A stretch of DNA of 64,000 nucleotides from NCBI GenBank assembly GCA_028716225.1, contig JAQUQE010000003.1, positions 619 through 64,618 of the forward strand, given 5' to 3'. The notes beneath the pieces were generated by a model. That model was given only the letters and a program-made list of their open reading frames with translations. It made no database searches and was not told the origin of the DNA. Positions 1-9,087 of this stretch are shown here, one piece after another (within the stretch, counting starts at the first letter, position 1; the number at the start of each line of letters is the position of its first letter). The translations under genes were made by a program, and so were the position numbers. Origin of the DNA: Dehalococcoidales bacterium (GTDB taxonomy: Bacteria; Chloroflexota; Dehalococcoidia; Dehalococcoidales; UBA5760).

Positions 1-995
1 ACCTGCCCGAAGACTTAAGGGAAGATGTTGAGACTATCCACAGCAGTGCCAGGAGGGTAGCCGACATCGTGAAGGGTCTGCTTACCTTCGCCCGCCAGCA
101 TAAGCCGGTACGAAATCGTACTAGCATTAACGAGATAATCGAAAGTACTCTGGCCCTGCGCAAGTACGCCATGGAGACCTCCAACATCGAGGTGATTACC
201 ATACTCGATAACGGACGGCCCTGGACGGTGGCCGATGCCGGCCAGCTCCAGCAGGTATTCCTCAACATCATCGTCAACGCCGAGATGGAGATGACGAAGG
301 CTCACGGCAGGGGCAGGCTTACCATCAGGACGGAGCAGGCCGGTGACAGGATACGGATATCGTTTGCCGATGACGGGCCCGGCATAGCCGGGGAGAACCT
401 GGAGAGGATATTCGACCCCTTCTTTACCACCAAAGAGGTAGGTGAAGGAACCGGCCTGGGCTTGAGCCTGGCCCACGGCATCGTCGCCGAGCATAACGGT
501 GATCTGTATGTCGAGAGTGAGGAGGGCAAGGGGGCCACTTTCTTCGTCGAGCTGCCCGTCGTGATGGAGGAGGAGAAGAAGATAGAGCGGTTCGAGGAGG
601 TCGAGACAGCCGGGAAGACCGTCGGGGGCCGGATACTGGTGGTGGATGATGAGCCGGCCATAATGGCGTTCCTGAAGAAATTACTCGGCGGCGAGGGTTA
701 TGATGTGGCGACGGCAGGCAGCGGCAGAGAAGCCCTTGAGATGACTAAGGAGCAGAGGTACAACCTTATCATCTGTGATATTAAGATGCCCGGCTTAAGC
801 GGCGCCGAGCTGTACGACGAGCTGGGGGGAATAGCCCCTTCCCTGCAGAAGAGGGTCATCTTTATCACCGGAGACGTGATTGGCCCTGCCACCAATAAGT
901 TCCTCAAAGCGACCGGAGTCCCTCACATAAACAAGCCCTTTGATATCGCCGGGCTGAAGAAAGAGATAAACCGGGTGATAGGTGAAAGGGTATAG
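1..995 (+). CDS. Hybrid sensor histidine kinase, C-terminal part (end of HisKA, HATPase_c, receiver domain). The 5' end lies outside the window.
   Basis: The frame is open from position 3 (LPEDLREDVETIHSSARRVADIVKGLLTFAR). ATP-lid boxes follow (NAEMEM, DDGPGI, GTGLGLS), then a REC domain (VVDDEP, DIKMPGLSG, KP). Stop TAG at 993-995. Confidence 0.85.
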   Translation, partial: LPEDLREDVETIHSSARRVADIVKGLLTFARQHKPVRNRTSINEIIESTLALRKYAMETSNIEVITILDNGRPWTVADAGQLQQVFLNIIVNAEMEMTKAHGRGRLTIRTEQAGDRIRISFADDGPGIAGENLERIFDPFFTTKEVGEGTGLGLSLAHGIVAEHNGDLYVESEEGKGATFFVELPVVMEEEKKIERFEEVETAGKTVGGRILVVDDEPAIMAFLKKLLGGEGYDVATAGSGREALEMTKEQRYNLIICDIKMPGLSGAELYDELGGIAPSLQKRVIFITGDVIGPATNKFLKATGVPHINKPFDIAGLKKEINRVIGERV

Positions 996-1002
996 CTATG
1001 AG

Positions 1003-1078
1003 TGGTGGAGATAGGGGGATTCGAACCCCCGACCTCTGCGATGCGAACGCAGCGCTCTCCCAGCTGAGCTATATCCCC
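1003..1078 (-). tRNA. tRNA-Ala (anticodon CGC), CCA end encoded
   Basis: The reverse complement folds by hand into a 76-nt cloverleaf: GGGGATA TA GCTC AGCTGGGA GAGC G CTGCG TTCGCAT CGCAG AGGTC GGGGG TTCGAAT CCCCC TATCTCC A CCA. It has the G3:U70 Ala identity pair and a TTCGAAT T-loop. Confidence 0.9.
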
Positions 1079-1224
1079 CTCCGGGGAAATTATAACACAC
1101 ACTATTTTGCTATTGCGAGGGGTTGGAACTCACCTTTACTGTGCTGGACAGGAAGGTGGTAAGTAGGTTAATATTAGTAGGTTAATTTCCAGCTGAAGCT
1201 GGAGAACCGATAGGAAGTCTTAAG

Positions 1225-2559
1225 ATGGACGAAAAAGATAAGGCCAGGGAATACGTCGCCAGAACGGTTAAGGATAGCAATATCAGATTCATCAGCCTGT
1301 GGTTCACCGATATCCTGGGTTTCCTCAAGAGCCTCACCATTACCCCCCGTGAGTTGGAGAGCGCTATGGTCGATGGGATTGGTTTCGACGGCTCCTCCGT
1401 TGAAGGGTTTGCCCGTGTTGATGAGAGCGATATGATGGCGCTCCCTGACCCGGCTACCTTTTGTATCCTGCCCTGGAGTAAGCCGGAGTACCCTGTCGCC
1501 AGAATGTTCTGCGATATTATGAGACCGGGCGGTCAGCCGTTCGAAGGCGACCCCCGCTATGTGCTGAAGAAAAACCTGGCCAGGGTCGCTGATTTGGGTT
1601 ATGTCTTCAATGTCGGGCCGGAGCTGGAGTACTTCTATTTCCGGAACGATGAAGGAACACATATCCTGGACGAGGGTGGTTACTTTGATTTGACGCCTCT
1701 TGATGTCGCCAGCGACTTGCGGTTGCAGACGGTGGATACTCTGGAGCAGATGGGTATCCCCGTACAGACCAGTCATCATGAAGTGGCTACCAGCCAGCAT
1801 GAAATTGACTTATCTTATTGTGATGCCTTGACTATGGCAGATAGCGTCATGACCTGTCGCCTGGTGATCAAGGAGGTTGCCCATCAACATGGTGTCTATG
1901 CCACTTTTATGCCCAAGCCTATCTTTGCTGTTAACGGCAGCGGCATGCACGTGCACCAGTCATTGTTTGCCGGTGCTAATAACGTCTTCTTTGATAAAAA
2001 TGATAAGGACTACCTCTCGAAGATAGCCCGGCGTTACATGGCCGGTCTCTTGAAGCATGCCCCTGAGATTACCTCTGTAGTCAGCCAGTGGCTTAATTCC
2101 TACAAGCGTCTGGTTGTCGGCTATGAAGCGCCGGTATATATTTCCTGGGCGAGGCGGAATCGCTCGGATATGGTCAGGGTTCCTGATTATCAGTTTGGTA
2201 AGGAGAAGGCTACCAGGGTTGAGTTCAGAGTCCCTGACCCGGCCTGTAACCCTTACCTCGCTTTCAGCGTAATGCTGGCCGCCGGGCTGGAGGGTATCGA
2301 GCGGGAGTATCAGTTGTGTGCTCCCTCCGGGAAAAATGTCTTCGAAATGAGCGCTGACGAAAGAGAGCAGAGGGGTATTGGCTGCTTGCCGATGAATCTG
2401 TCTGATGCGATAGCCCTGACCGAAAAGAGCGAGGTGGTGAGGAAGGCTCTCGGCGACCATGTCTTTGACAGCTTCATTAGGAACAAAAAGATCGAGTGGG
2501 AGCAGTATCGCGTTCAGGTAACCGAGTATGAACTGAAAAGGTACCTGCCTGTTCTCTAA
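1225..2559 (+). CDS. glnA: Glutamine synthetase, type I
   Basis: 444-aa ORF with a typical GSI N-terminal beta-grasp (FISLWFTDILG, DGSSVEGF) and catalytic domain (MPKP, NGSGMHVHQS, RVPD). Confidence 0.95.
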   Translation: MDEKDKAREYVARTVKDSNIRFISLWFTDILGFLKSLTITPRELESAMVDGIGFDGSSVEGFARVDESDMMALPDPATFCILPWSKPEYPVARMFCDIMRPGGQPFEGDPRYVLKKNLARVADLGYVFNVGPELEYFYFRNDEGTHILDEGGYFDLTPLDVASDLRLQTVDTLEQMGIPVQTSHHEVATSQHEIDLSYCDALTMADSVMTCRLVIKEVAHQHGVYATFMPKPIFAVNGSGMHVHQSLFAGANNVFFDKNDKDYLSKIARRYMAGLLKHAPEITSVVSQWLNSYKRLVVGYEAPVYISWARRNRSDMVRVPDYQFGKEKATRVEFRVPDPACNPYLAFSVMLAAGLEGIEREYQLCAPSGKNVFEMSADEREQRGIGCLPMNLSDAIALTEKSEVVRKALGDHVFDSFIRNKKIEWEQYRVQVTEYELKRYLPVL

Positions 2560-2585
2560 AATGGGGTATCGTCTTAGCAAGGACT

Positions 2586-4058
2586 ATGAACTTTGAGACT
2601 GTCATCGGGCTGGAGGTACACGCCCAGCTGCTTACTAAGAGCAAAATGTTCTGCCGTTGTAGCGCCGGCTATTCTGATGCTCAAGCTAATACCTTTGTCT
2701 GTCCGGTGTGCCTGGGAATGCCGGGAGTCCTGCCCACCATCAATCAGCAGGCGGTGGAATATACCGTAATGACTGCTCTGGCGCTTGGCTGTGCCATCCC
2801 CGGCTATACCAAGTTCGATCGTAAGAATTACCCTTATCCTGATTTGATGAAGGGCTATCAGATTTCGCAGTATGACGCTCCTCTGGGGCAGGGGGGCTGG
2901 CTTACCATTGAGGTTGGTGGTGAGCAGAAGAGGATAGGCATAACCCGTGTTCACCTGGAGGAAGATGTCGCTAAACTGCTGCACCGTACCTCGCCGGACG
3001 GTGAGCACTATAGTCTGATCGATGTCAATCGTTCCGGAGTACCGCTGATGGAGGTAGTCGGTGAGCCCGACCTGTCGTCTCCGGAGGAGGCCAGGCAGTA
3101 TTTGATGAAGCTGCGCAGCATACTGCGCTATCTTGGCGTATCCTCCGGTAATATGGAGGAGGGCAGCTTCAGGTGTGATGCCAATATCAGCATACGTCCT
3201 GAGCATACCACTGAGACGATGGCTAAGGTTGAGGTCAAGAACATGAACAGCTTCAGGGCGGTCTTCCGAGCTCTTCAGTACGAGGAAAAGAGGCAGAGGA
3301 AGGCGGCCGGCGAGGGCAGGAAGCTGGTTCAGGAGACCAGGGGGTGGGTCGAAGAAACCGGGAAAACGGTCTCTATGCGGAGTAAGGAGTATGCCCACGA
3401 CTACCGTTACTTTCCTGAGCCGGATCTGCCGCCATTGACCCTGAGTAGGGAATGGGTAGAGGAGGCAAGATCAAGACTGCCCGAGCTGCCCGAAGCCAGG
3501 CGTGATCGTTTTGTTGGTGATTATGGCCTGTCTCTCTATGACGCTAATTCACTTACCGCCTTAAAGGAAATGGCTGACTATTTTGAGGCCTGTCTCAGGA
3601 CTGAGGGATGCCAGAAGATACCCCCAGGTAGCGGCGCCAAGGAGGTCAGCAATTGGCTTTTGGGTGAGGTTAGCCGTATAATGAATGTGGCCGGTATTGA
3701 TATCGTCTGTTTCGGAGAGCATGTTACTCCTGAACGGCTATGTGAGTTGATACTATGTACCCGCGGCGTTATTAATATCGCTACTGCTAAGTCTGTTCTT
3801 GAGGAAATGTTCAAGACGGGGAGGAGTGCCGCTGATATTATTGAAGAGCGGGAGCTTAGCCAGATTACTGATAGCGGGGAAATCGGAGCGGAAATTATTT
3901 CCGTAATAAAAAGCAATGCCCAGGCTGTAGCCGATTATCGGGCAGGTAAAATTCAGTCCCTTAAGTTTCTCGTTGGACAGGTAATGAAGGCTACCGGAGG
4001 GCGTGCCAATCCACAGGTAGTGACCGAATTACTTAGGCGAAGGTTAGAGGAAGAATAG
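2586..4058 (+). CDS. gatB: Asp-tRNA(Asn)/Glu-tRNA(Gln) amidotransferase subunit B
   Basis: 490 aa. The N-terminus MNFETVIGLEVHAQL and the motifs CPVCLGMPG, NRSGVPLMEVV and FRCDANIS are GatB hallmarks. A YqeY-like tail is present. Confidence 0.95.
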   Translation: MNFETVIGLEVHAQLLTKSKMFCRCSAGYSDAQANTFVCPVCLGMPGVLPTINQQAVEYTVMTALALGCAIPGYTKFDRKNYPYPDLMKGYQISQYDAPLGQGGWLTIEVGGEQKRIGITRVHLEEDVAKLLHRTSPDGEHYSLIDVNRSGVPLMEVVGEPDLSSPEEARQYLMKLRSILRYLGVSSGNMEEGSFRCDANISIRPEHTTETMAKVEVKNMNSFRAVFRALQYEEKRQRKAAGEGRKLVQETRGWVEETGKTVSMRSKEYAHDYRYFPEPDLPPLTLSREWVEEARSRLPELPEARRDRFVGDYGLSLYDANSLTALKEMADYFEACLRTEGCQKIPPGSGAKEVSNWLLGEVSRIMNVAGIDIVCFGEHVTPERLCELILCTRGVINIATAKSVLEEMFKTGRSAADIIEERELSQITDSGEIGAEIISVIKSNAQAVADYRAGKIQSLKFLVGQVMKATGGRANPQVVTELLRRRLEEE

Positions 4059-4277
4059 ATGCAGACCTATCTTAATATAGCTCAGATTGTACTGGCGATA
4101 GCCCTGATAGTAGTTATCCTGTTTCAGGTTAAAGGTGGTGGGTTGGGAGGCATCTTCGGCCAGCAGAGTGGTGTCTACCGGACCCGGCGTGGTGTGGAAA
4201 AGATGCTATTCAGGCTGACTATCGTCTTCGTCGTTATCTTTCTAGTAATCTCAGTGCTGACGCTCAGAATTGGCTGA
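4059..4277 (+). CDS. secG: Preprotein translocase subunit SecG (small membrane protein)
   Basis: 72 aa with two TM helices flanking the Gly-rich loop LFQVKGGGLGGIFG. The ATG immediately follows the gatB stop and has a GGAAGAA SD. Confidence 0.75.
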   Translation: MQTYLNIAQIVLAIALIVVILFQVKGGGLGGIFGQQSGVYRTRRGVEKMLFRLTIVFVVIFLVISVLTLRIG

Positions 4278-4439
4278 TAGTGCTGCTGTGAGCAGTTAGT
4301 TAGTGTAACTGGTGAGCTAATTTCCAGCTTACGAGCCGGGGCCACTTGAGTGATAGATTGGTAACAAAATTAGTGACGAAATAATAAGGGAATTGATGGC
4401 GGAATCGGTGGAGTGCAGAGAGCATTCGGTTGTATTTGA

Positions 4440-4448
4440 TGGTATAAT
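4440..4448 (+). promoter_or_regulatory. Extended -10 element (TGgTATAAT) upstream of ald
   Basis: TGGTATAAT was read directly and lies about 77 nt upstream of the ald ATG. No good -35 is present. Confidence 0.35.
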
Positions 4449-4524
4449 ATATCTGGTGTCTTGCGGTAATATCGTTTCGCATAATATATCATAATTAATT
4501 TATAAGGAGGCAAGAGGATACAGG

Positions 4525-5631
4525 ATGATCATTGGTGTTGTCAAGGAAATTAAGACTCAGGAGTACCGTGTTGGTGCTCCGCCCCTGGCGGCGGGTGTGC
4601 TTGCCAAAGCCGGCCATCAGGTGCTGGTTGAGACCAAGGCCGGAGAAGGCAGCGGTTTCAGCGATGAGGAATATGTCAAGGCTGGTGCTACCATCGTAAA
4701 GACGGCGAAAGAGGTCTGGGACAAGGCAGAAATGATCTACCATGTTAAGGAGCCTATTCCCAGTGAGTACCCTTTCTTGAAGAAGGGGCTGATTCTCTGG
4801 ACCTATCTGCATTTGGCTGCGGCCAAGGAGCTAACGCTCACTCTTCTGGAGAAGGGAGTCACCGGTGTCGCCTTTGAAACAGTGGAACTGCCTGGTGGCA
4901 GCACACCCTGTCTTGACCCGATGAGCGAGGTCGCCGGCAGGTTGGCGGCTCAGATGGGGGCTCAGTATCTGGGCAAAGTGTATAAGGGCTGTGGTAAGCT
5001 GATGGGCGGTGTTACCGGTGTTCTGCCGGCGAAGGTAGTCGTTCTTGGTGGTGGTATCGTCGGTACCAATGCTGCTAAGGTTGCCCTTGGTATGGGTGCC
5101 AGCGTCACTATGATGGACATTGATGTCAAGCGTCTGCGCTACTTGAGCGAAACAATGCATGGTGACTTTAAGACGCTGGTTTCAAACCCCGCCAGCGTAG
5201 CTGAAGCAACCAAGGACGCGGATATGGTCGTCGGGGCTGTCCTTGTCAAGGGAGCCCGGGCGCCTATCGTACTGACTAAAGAGATGGTCAAGAATATGAA
5301 GCCCGGCTCGGTTATCGTCGATGTCGCTGTTGACCAGGGAGGGTGTGTCGAAACCACCCATGCTACTACTCATGATAACCCTGTCTATATCGTTGACGGC
5401 GTTCTCCACTACGGTGTCGCCAATATGCCCGGTATGGTTCCCCGGACATCTACGGTGGCTCTGGCTAATGCCACCCTGCCCTATGCCTTGAAGATGGCCA
5501 ATATGGGGGTCCGGGAGGCTATGAAGGCTGATGAAGCGTTAGCTAAGGGGATGAATGTCTATGACGGGAAGGTCACCAATAAGAATGTTGCCGAAGCCCT
5601 GGGCCTGGAATACACTCCTTTTAAACCCTAA
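4525..5631 (+). CDS. ald: Alanine dehydrogenase
   Basis: 368 aa. It starts MIIGVVKEIKTQEYRV, has the Rossmann motif VVVLGGGIVG and contains VDVAVDQGG. An AAGGAGG SD lies upstream. Confidence 0.93.
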   Translation: MIIGVVKEIKTQEYRVGAPPLAAGVLAKAGHQVLVETKAGEGSGFSDEEYVKAGATIVKTAKEVWDKAEMIYHVKEPIPSEYPFLKKGLILWTYLHLAAAKELTLTLLEKGVTGVAFETVELPGGSTPCLDPMSEVAGRLAAQMGAQYLGKVYKGCGKLMGGVTGVLPAKVVVLGGGIVGTNAAKVALGMGASVTMMDIDVKRLRYLSETMHGDFKTLVSNPASVAEATKDADMVVGAVLVKGARAPIVLTKEMVKNMKPGSVIVDVAVDQGGCVETTHATTHDNPVYIVDGVLHYGVANMPGMVPRTSTVALANATLPYALKMANMGVREAMKADEALAKGMNVYDGKVTNKNVAEALGLEYTPFKP

Positions 5632-5723
5632 CCGTATCGGGTACTGATTAAAGGCCGAAAGAGCTATTGGTATAGCAGATATATTATCGAAAAACAATAA
5701 ATGACCAAGTAAGGAGGGCAAGA

Positions 5724-7067
5724 ATGGTTTCCAAGCAAGAGTTGATCAAGAAGGATACGGCACACTGGTTCCACCCGCTGGGGATGCCGGCGGAAGCTCC
5801 CCACTTCATCTTCACCAAGGGAGAAGGTTGCTATCTGTGGGACATTGATGGCAACAAGTATCTCGACTTTTCCTCCGGTGGTGTTCATCTCTGCAACCTG
5901 GGCCACAATCATCCCAAGCTGATTGAGGCTGCCACCAAGCAGATGAGCGAGTTCATCTACTATTCTTCGGGCGCACCGGTAGCGAGCAACATACCGGCCA
6001 TTGAGTACTGTGATGAGCTGGCGGGGGCACTGCCTGCCGGTATCGACCATGTTTACCTGACCGTCACCGGTACCGAGTCCACCGAGTCGTGCGTACAGAT
6101 AGCCCGGGCCTACTGGGAGTCGGTTGGTGAGCTGGGCAAGTACAAGGTTATCTGTCTGGACCGTGCCTACCATGGTTCCTCGCAGCTTTCCCGGAGCATG
6201 ACCGGGGCGCACGTTGGGCTATCCTGTTTCTCCCGCCGCAGTCCGGAAGTGGTCAAGATGCCTAACTTCGTTACCGGTATTGAGAACTGTTTCAAGACTG
6301 ATGAAGAGAATGCCCGCTATCTGGAGCAGGTTATTCAGCAGGAGGGTGCCGATACCATTTCCTGTGTTATGGCCGAGGTAGCCCAGGGCAACGGTGGTGT
6401 GGTCTGGCCCGGCGAGAAGTGGTGGCCGATCACTCGTGAGATATGCAGCAAGCACAACATACTGCTGATTGCCGATGAGGTACAGACCGGTTTCTGCCGT
6501 ACCGGCAAGTTCTGGGGAGTGGACCACTATGGTGTGATCCCCGATATGATCAGCATGGCCAAGGGTATTAACGGCGGCATCCTGCCCTTCGGAGCGGTTG
6601 GTTTCAGCAACAAGATATTTGATGCCATGGTCAACAGCAAGAAGAAGCTGATGAGCTACACCACCTCCGATGGTAATGCCGTTGTGCTGGCGACCGCGCT
6701 GGCTGCCCTGCGGATATACAAAGATGGTATGGCGGACCGTGTCGCCAAGCTTGGAGCTCTGCTCAGCAAGCGTCTTAACGAGTTCACCAAGCTGCCTGTT
6801 GTCGATGCTCCGATGGGCAAGGGTCTCTACCAGTCGTTCCTGATTTCGCTCAATAAGACCACCGGCAAGCCCTACAATGCTGCGGCGACCGTAGCGGCCA
6901 GGGAGAAACTCACTGCCGAGTGTCTCAAGCAGGGGCTTATGCTGACCTACTGTGACGGCTACCCGCACCGGCAGCCGATTGTACCGCCCTTTATCATCAC
7001 CGAGGAAGAGCTGAATCACGGCCTCGATATCATCTACAGCGTCCTCAAGGATATCAAGCCGGTATAG
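5724..7067 (+). CDS. Class III (omega) pyridoxal-phosphate aminotransferase
   Basis: 447 aa with the motifs DEVQTGFCRTGKFWG and SMAKGINGG (PLP lysine) and the general fold-type I class III layout. AAGGAGGG SD. Confidence 0.85.
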   Translation: MVSKQELIKKDTAHWFHPLGMPAEAPHFIFTKGEGCYLWDIDGNKYLDFSSGGVHLCNLGHNHPKLIEAATKQMSEFIYYSSGAPVASNIPAIEYCDELAGALPAGIDHVYLTVTGTESTESCVQIARAYWESVGELGKYKVICLDRAYHGSSQLSRSMTGAHVGLSCFSRRSPEVVKMPNFVTGIENCFKTDEENARYLEQVIQQEGADTISCVMAEVAQGNGGVVWPGEKWWPITREICSKHNILLIADEVQTGFCRTGKFWGVDHYGVIPDMISMAKGINGGILPFGAVGFSNKIFDAMVNSKKKLMSYTTSDGNAVVLATALAALRIYKDGMADRVAKLGALLSKRLNEFTKLPVVDAPMGKGLYQSFLISLNKTTGKPYNAAATVAAREKLTAECLKQGLMLTYCDGYPHRQPIVPPFIITEEELNHGLDIIYSVLKDIKPV

Positions 7068-7115
7068 TTGCCTGTTTCTTAGAGAGCCGATATTCGGAAA
7101 GGTTGAAATGGTAGT

Positions 7116-7155
7116 GCTACACCTGATAGCATTATAGCTATCAGGTGTAGCTTTT
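7116..7155 (+). terminator. Rho-independent terminator after the aminotransferase gene
   Basis: Perfect 15-bp inverted repeat GCTACACCTGATAGC / GCTATCAGGTGTAGC with a 6-nt loop, followed by TTTT. Confidence 0.75.
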
Positions 7156-7169
7156 GTGGAGGGTAGTCT

Positions 7170-7514
7170 CTGGAATCACTAGAGGTAGCACGTCGGGCAG
7201 TAGAAGCCGCCAGCGATAAGAAGGCTGCCGATATCGTGCTGCTGGATGCCCGGGGTGTGTGTAGCTTTGCCGATTACTTTGTCATCTGTAGCGGTGATAG
7301 CGGCAAACAGCTTGAAGCTATTCGTGATGAAGTTAGCCAGGTGTTAAAGAAGACAGGGGTTACTCCCCATCACTGTGAGGGTACTACGGAGTCGGGGTGG
7401 CTGCTGGTGGACTTCAGTGATGTCATCGTGCATATCTTTGCTGCCCTTGAGCGGGAGCGCTACCAGTTGGACGAACTGTGGAGTAAAGCTGTCCCCGTAG
7501 TCCGAATACAGTAG
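7170..7514 (+). CDS. rsfS: Ribosome silencing factor RsfS. The start is probably the near-cognate CTG at 7170; the first canonical start is GTG at 7236.
   Basis: RsfS-like sequence (LEVARRAVEAASDKKAADIVLLD, DYFVICSG) begins upstream of the first canonical start. An in-frame TAG at 7164-7166 bounds the ORF. GGAGGG SD at 7158-7163. Confidence 0.8.
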   Translation: MESLEVARRAVEAASDKKAADIVLLDARGVCSFADYFVICSGDSGKQLEAIRDEVSQVLKKTGVTPHHCEGTTESGWLLVDFSDVIVHIFAALERERYQLDELWSKAVPVVRIQ

Positions 7515-7538
7515 GCCGCCGATCGCTTCACCAACGGG

Positions 7539-7955
7539 TTAAGCAAAGATTTCATTCTCTTTAAAAAACAGCGTGATCTCTCCGGCGGCGTTTTCTCTTG
7601 AGTCGGAGCCGTGGGTGCTGTTACGTTCGATGTCCAGGCCGTAATCACCACGGATGGTGCCGGTTCTGGCTTTGGATGGGTCGGTCACCCCCATCGTTTT
7701 TCTGATTACCTCCACCGCGTTATCACCCTCGAAGACGGCGGCCACTATCGGCGACGAGGTAATATAGGTCACCAGGTTCTTAAAGAAGGGCTTGTCCCTG
7801 TGGATTGCATAATGGCGCTCGGCCAGTGTTCGGTTCATGTGTAGCATCTTCAGCGCTATCAGTTTCAGCCCTACCTCTTCGAAGCGGCTGATGATAGCAC
7901 CCGCCAGCCCCCTCTGCACCGCATCCGGTTTAACCAGTACTAAAGACCTTTCCAT
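7539..7955 (-). CDS. ndk: Nucleoside diphosphate kinase
   Basis: 138 aa with MERSLVLVKPDAV and NSTHGSDS (active-site His). Confidence 0.95.
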   Translation of the reverse strand: MERSLVLVKPDAVQRGLAGAIISRFEEVGLKLIALKMLHMNRTLAERHYAIHRDKPFFKNLVTYITSSPIVAAVFEGDNAVEVIRKTMGVTDPSKARTGTIRGDYGLDIERNSTHGSDSRENAAGEITLFFKENEIFA

Positions 7956-7985
7956 ATTTTCTGAAGCTCCTTTGATAATATTCTG

Positions 7986-8657
7986 CTAATTGCTGTGGTC
8001 AAGCAGGCTCTCTAAATCACCCGGTGTTACCTCCTTGAGGCTGTCGACAATCAGGTCTGCCCCCTTAAGGCTTGTCCTGGGGTTGGTGTTGGTAACTGCC
8101 AGACAGTGCATTCCCGCCTTCCTTGCCGCGGCAACGCCGGCAATGGCATCCTCAATGACGATACAGTCCTTTGGTTCGACACCCAGTTTCTCGGCGGCCA
8201 GCAGGAAGCCTAAAGGACTTGGTTTCCCCTCTTTTACCTCTCTACCGGAGACAATGACCTGGAACAGGCTCTCTATCTTTAACTCGCGGGTAATCAGCCG
8301 GACGTTTTCCGGGGGGGCTGAAGAGCCTAAAGCCTGCAGAAAGCCGTATTCCTTCAATGATTTGATTAACTCTACTGCTCCCGGCAGGGGCTTCAGGTGG
8401 TTCTTCGCCCTATTACGGAAGCTCTCCTCTTTTTCTGTGGCAACGCTTTCTAATTCGTCCGGAGATATGTCTGTCCCCAGCACTATCCTGGTGATCCTAT
8501 CGTTTCTCTGCCCGAAGTTACGCTTGAAATCATCCTCGGTGATGGTTACCCCTCGTTTCCGGAAGACTTCCTGCCAGGCCTTAAAGTGATAGGGGGCGGT
8601 GTCGGCAATAACGCCGTCCATGTCCCATATTACCGCTCTGGTCTTATTGGACATCAC
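7986..8657 (-). CDS. HAD-superfamily hydrolase (beta-phosphoglucomutase/phosphatase-like, subfamily IA)
   Basis: 223 aa with motif I (VIWDMDGVIADT), motif II (LGSS) and motif IV (IEDAIAGVAAA). Confidence 0.85.
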   Translation of the reverse strand: MMSNKTRAVIWDMDGVIADTAPYHFKAWQEVFRKRGVTITEDDFKRNFGQRNDRITRIVLGTDISPDELESVATEKEESFRNRAKNHLKPLPGAVELIKSLKEYGFLQALGSSAPPENVRLITRELKIESLFQVIVSGREVKEGKPSPLGFLLAAEKLGVEPKDCIVIEDAIAGVAAARKAGMHCLAVTNTNPRTSLKGADLIVDSLKEVTPGDLESLLDHSN

Positions 8658-8658
8658 T

Positions 8659-9087
8659 TTAGAAGTCGCATCCTTTCTTGCTGATGATGTACTGGGTGGC
8701 TTTAGCTTCGGTTACCACCGTGCCGTCGCTTAAGGTCAGTTGTGCCCTTGTTTCGGCAAACCTCCGCTCGCGCTTGGCTATCCAGGCCGTTATCTTGAGG
8801 TGTTGGCCTATTGAGACCGGCCGTCTGAATTTTACCTCCATGGTTCCGGTGACCCCGGCAACATTCTCGAAGTAGGCGGCATAAGCCATTGCCTCATCAA
8901 GGAGAGTGGTCAGGATACCGCCATGGATAATGTCCTTCCAGCCCTGGTGTAACTCGGTCGGGGTAAATTCGGATTTCGCCGCTTTACCATCCCAGTGGAA
9001 CCTTAGTCTCACCCCGCAGGGGTTATTCCTGCCACAGCCGAAACACATATCACTGGGGGCGATTGATAGTTCAGGTTCAGTTGTCAT
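8659..9087 (-). CDS. PaaI/hotdog-fold thioesterase
   Basis: 142 aa with FGCGRNNPCG and HGGILTTLLDEAM, typical of the PaaI/4HBT family. It overlaps tsaB by 11 nt. Confidence 0.8.
   Translation of the reverse strand: MTTEPELSIAPSDMCFGCGRNNPCGVRLRFHWDGKAAKSEFTPTELHQGWKDIIHGGILTTLLDEAMAYAAYFENVAGVTGTMEVKFRRPVSIGQHLKITAWIAKRERRFAETRAQLTLSDGTVVTEAKATQYIISKKGCDF

Noticed and set aside
1184-1196. A 12-nt repeat, TAATTTCCAGCT, upstream of glnA (about 1185) and upstream of ald (about 4318). It could be a shared nitrogen-regulator site.
   Set aside because: In 64 kb on both strands, many exact 12-mer repeats are expected by chance. The flanks do not align and there is no dyad symmetry. It is not enough to call a regulatory site.
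1174-1800. Long antisense ORFs opposite well-supported genes. Examples: 1174-1800, 1960-2580, 2574-3398, 6219-7019, 37450-38112, 47687-48487 and 52061-52936.
   Set aside because: Each lies entirely within a gene that has clear family motifs on the other strand. Their translations are low-complexity (Arg/Pro/Gly/Ser-rich), have no recognisable motifs and lack SDs. They are typical shadow ORFs.
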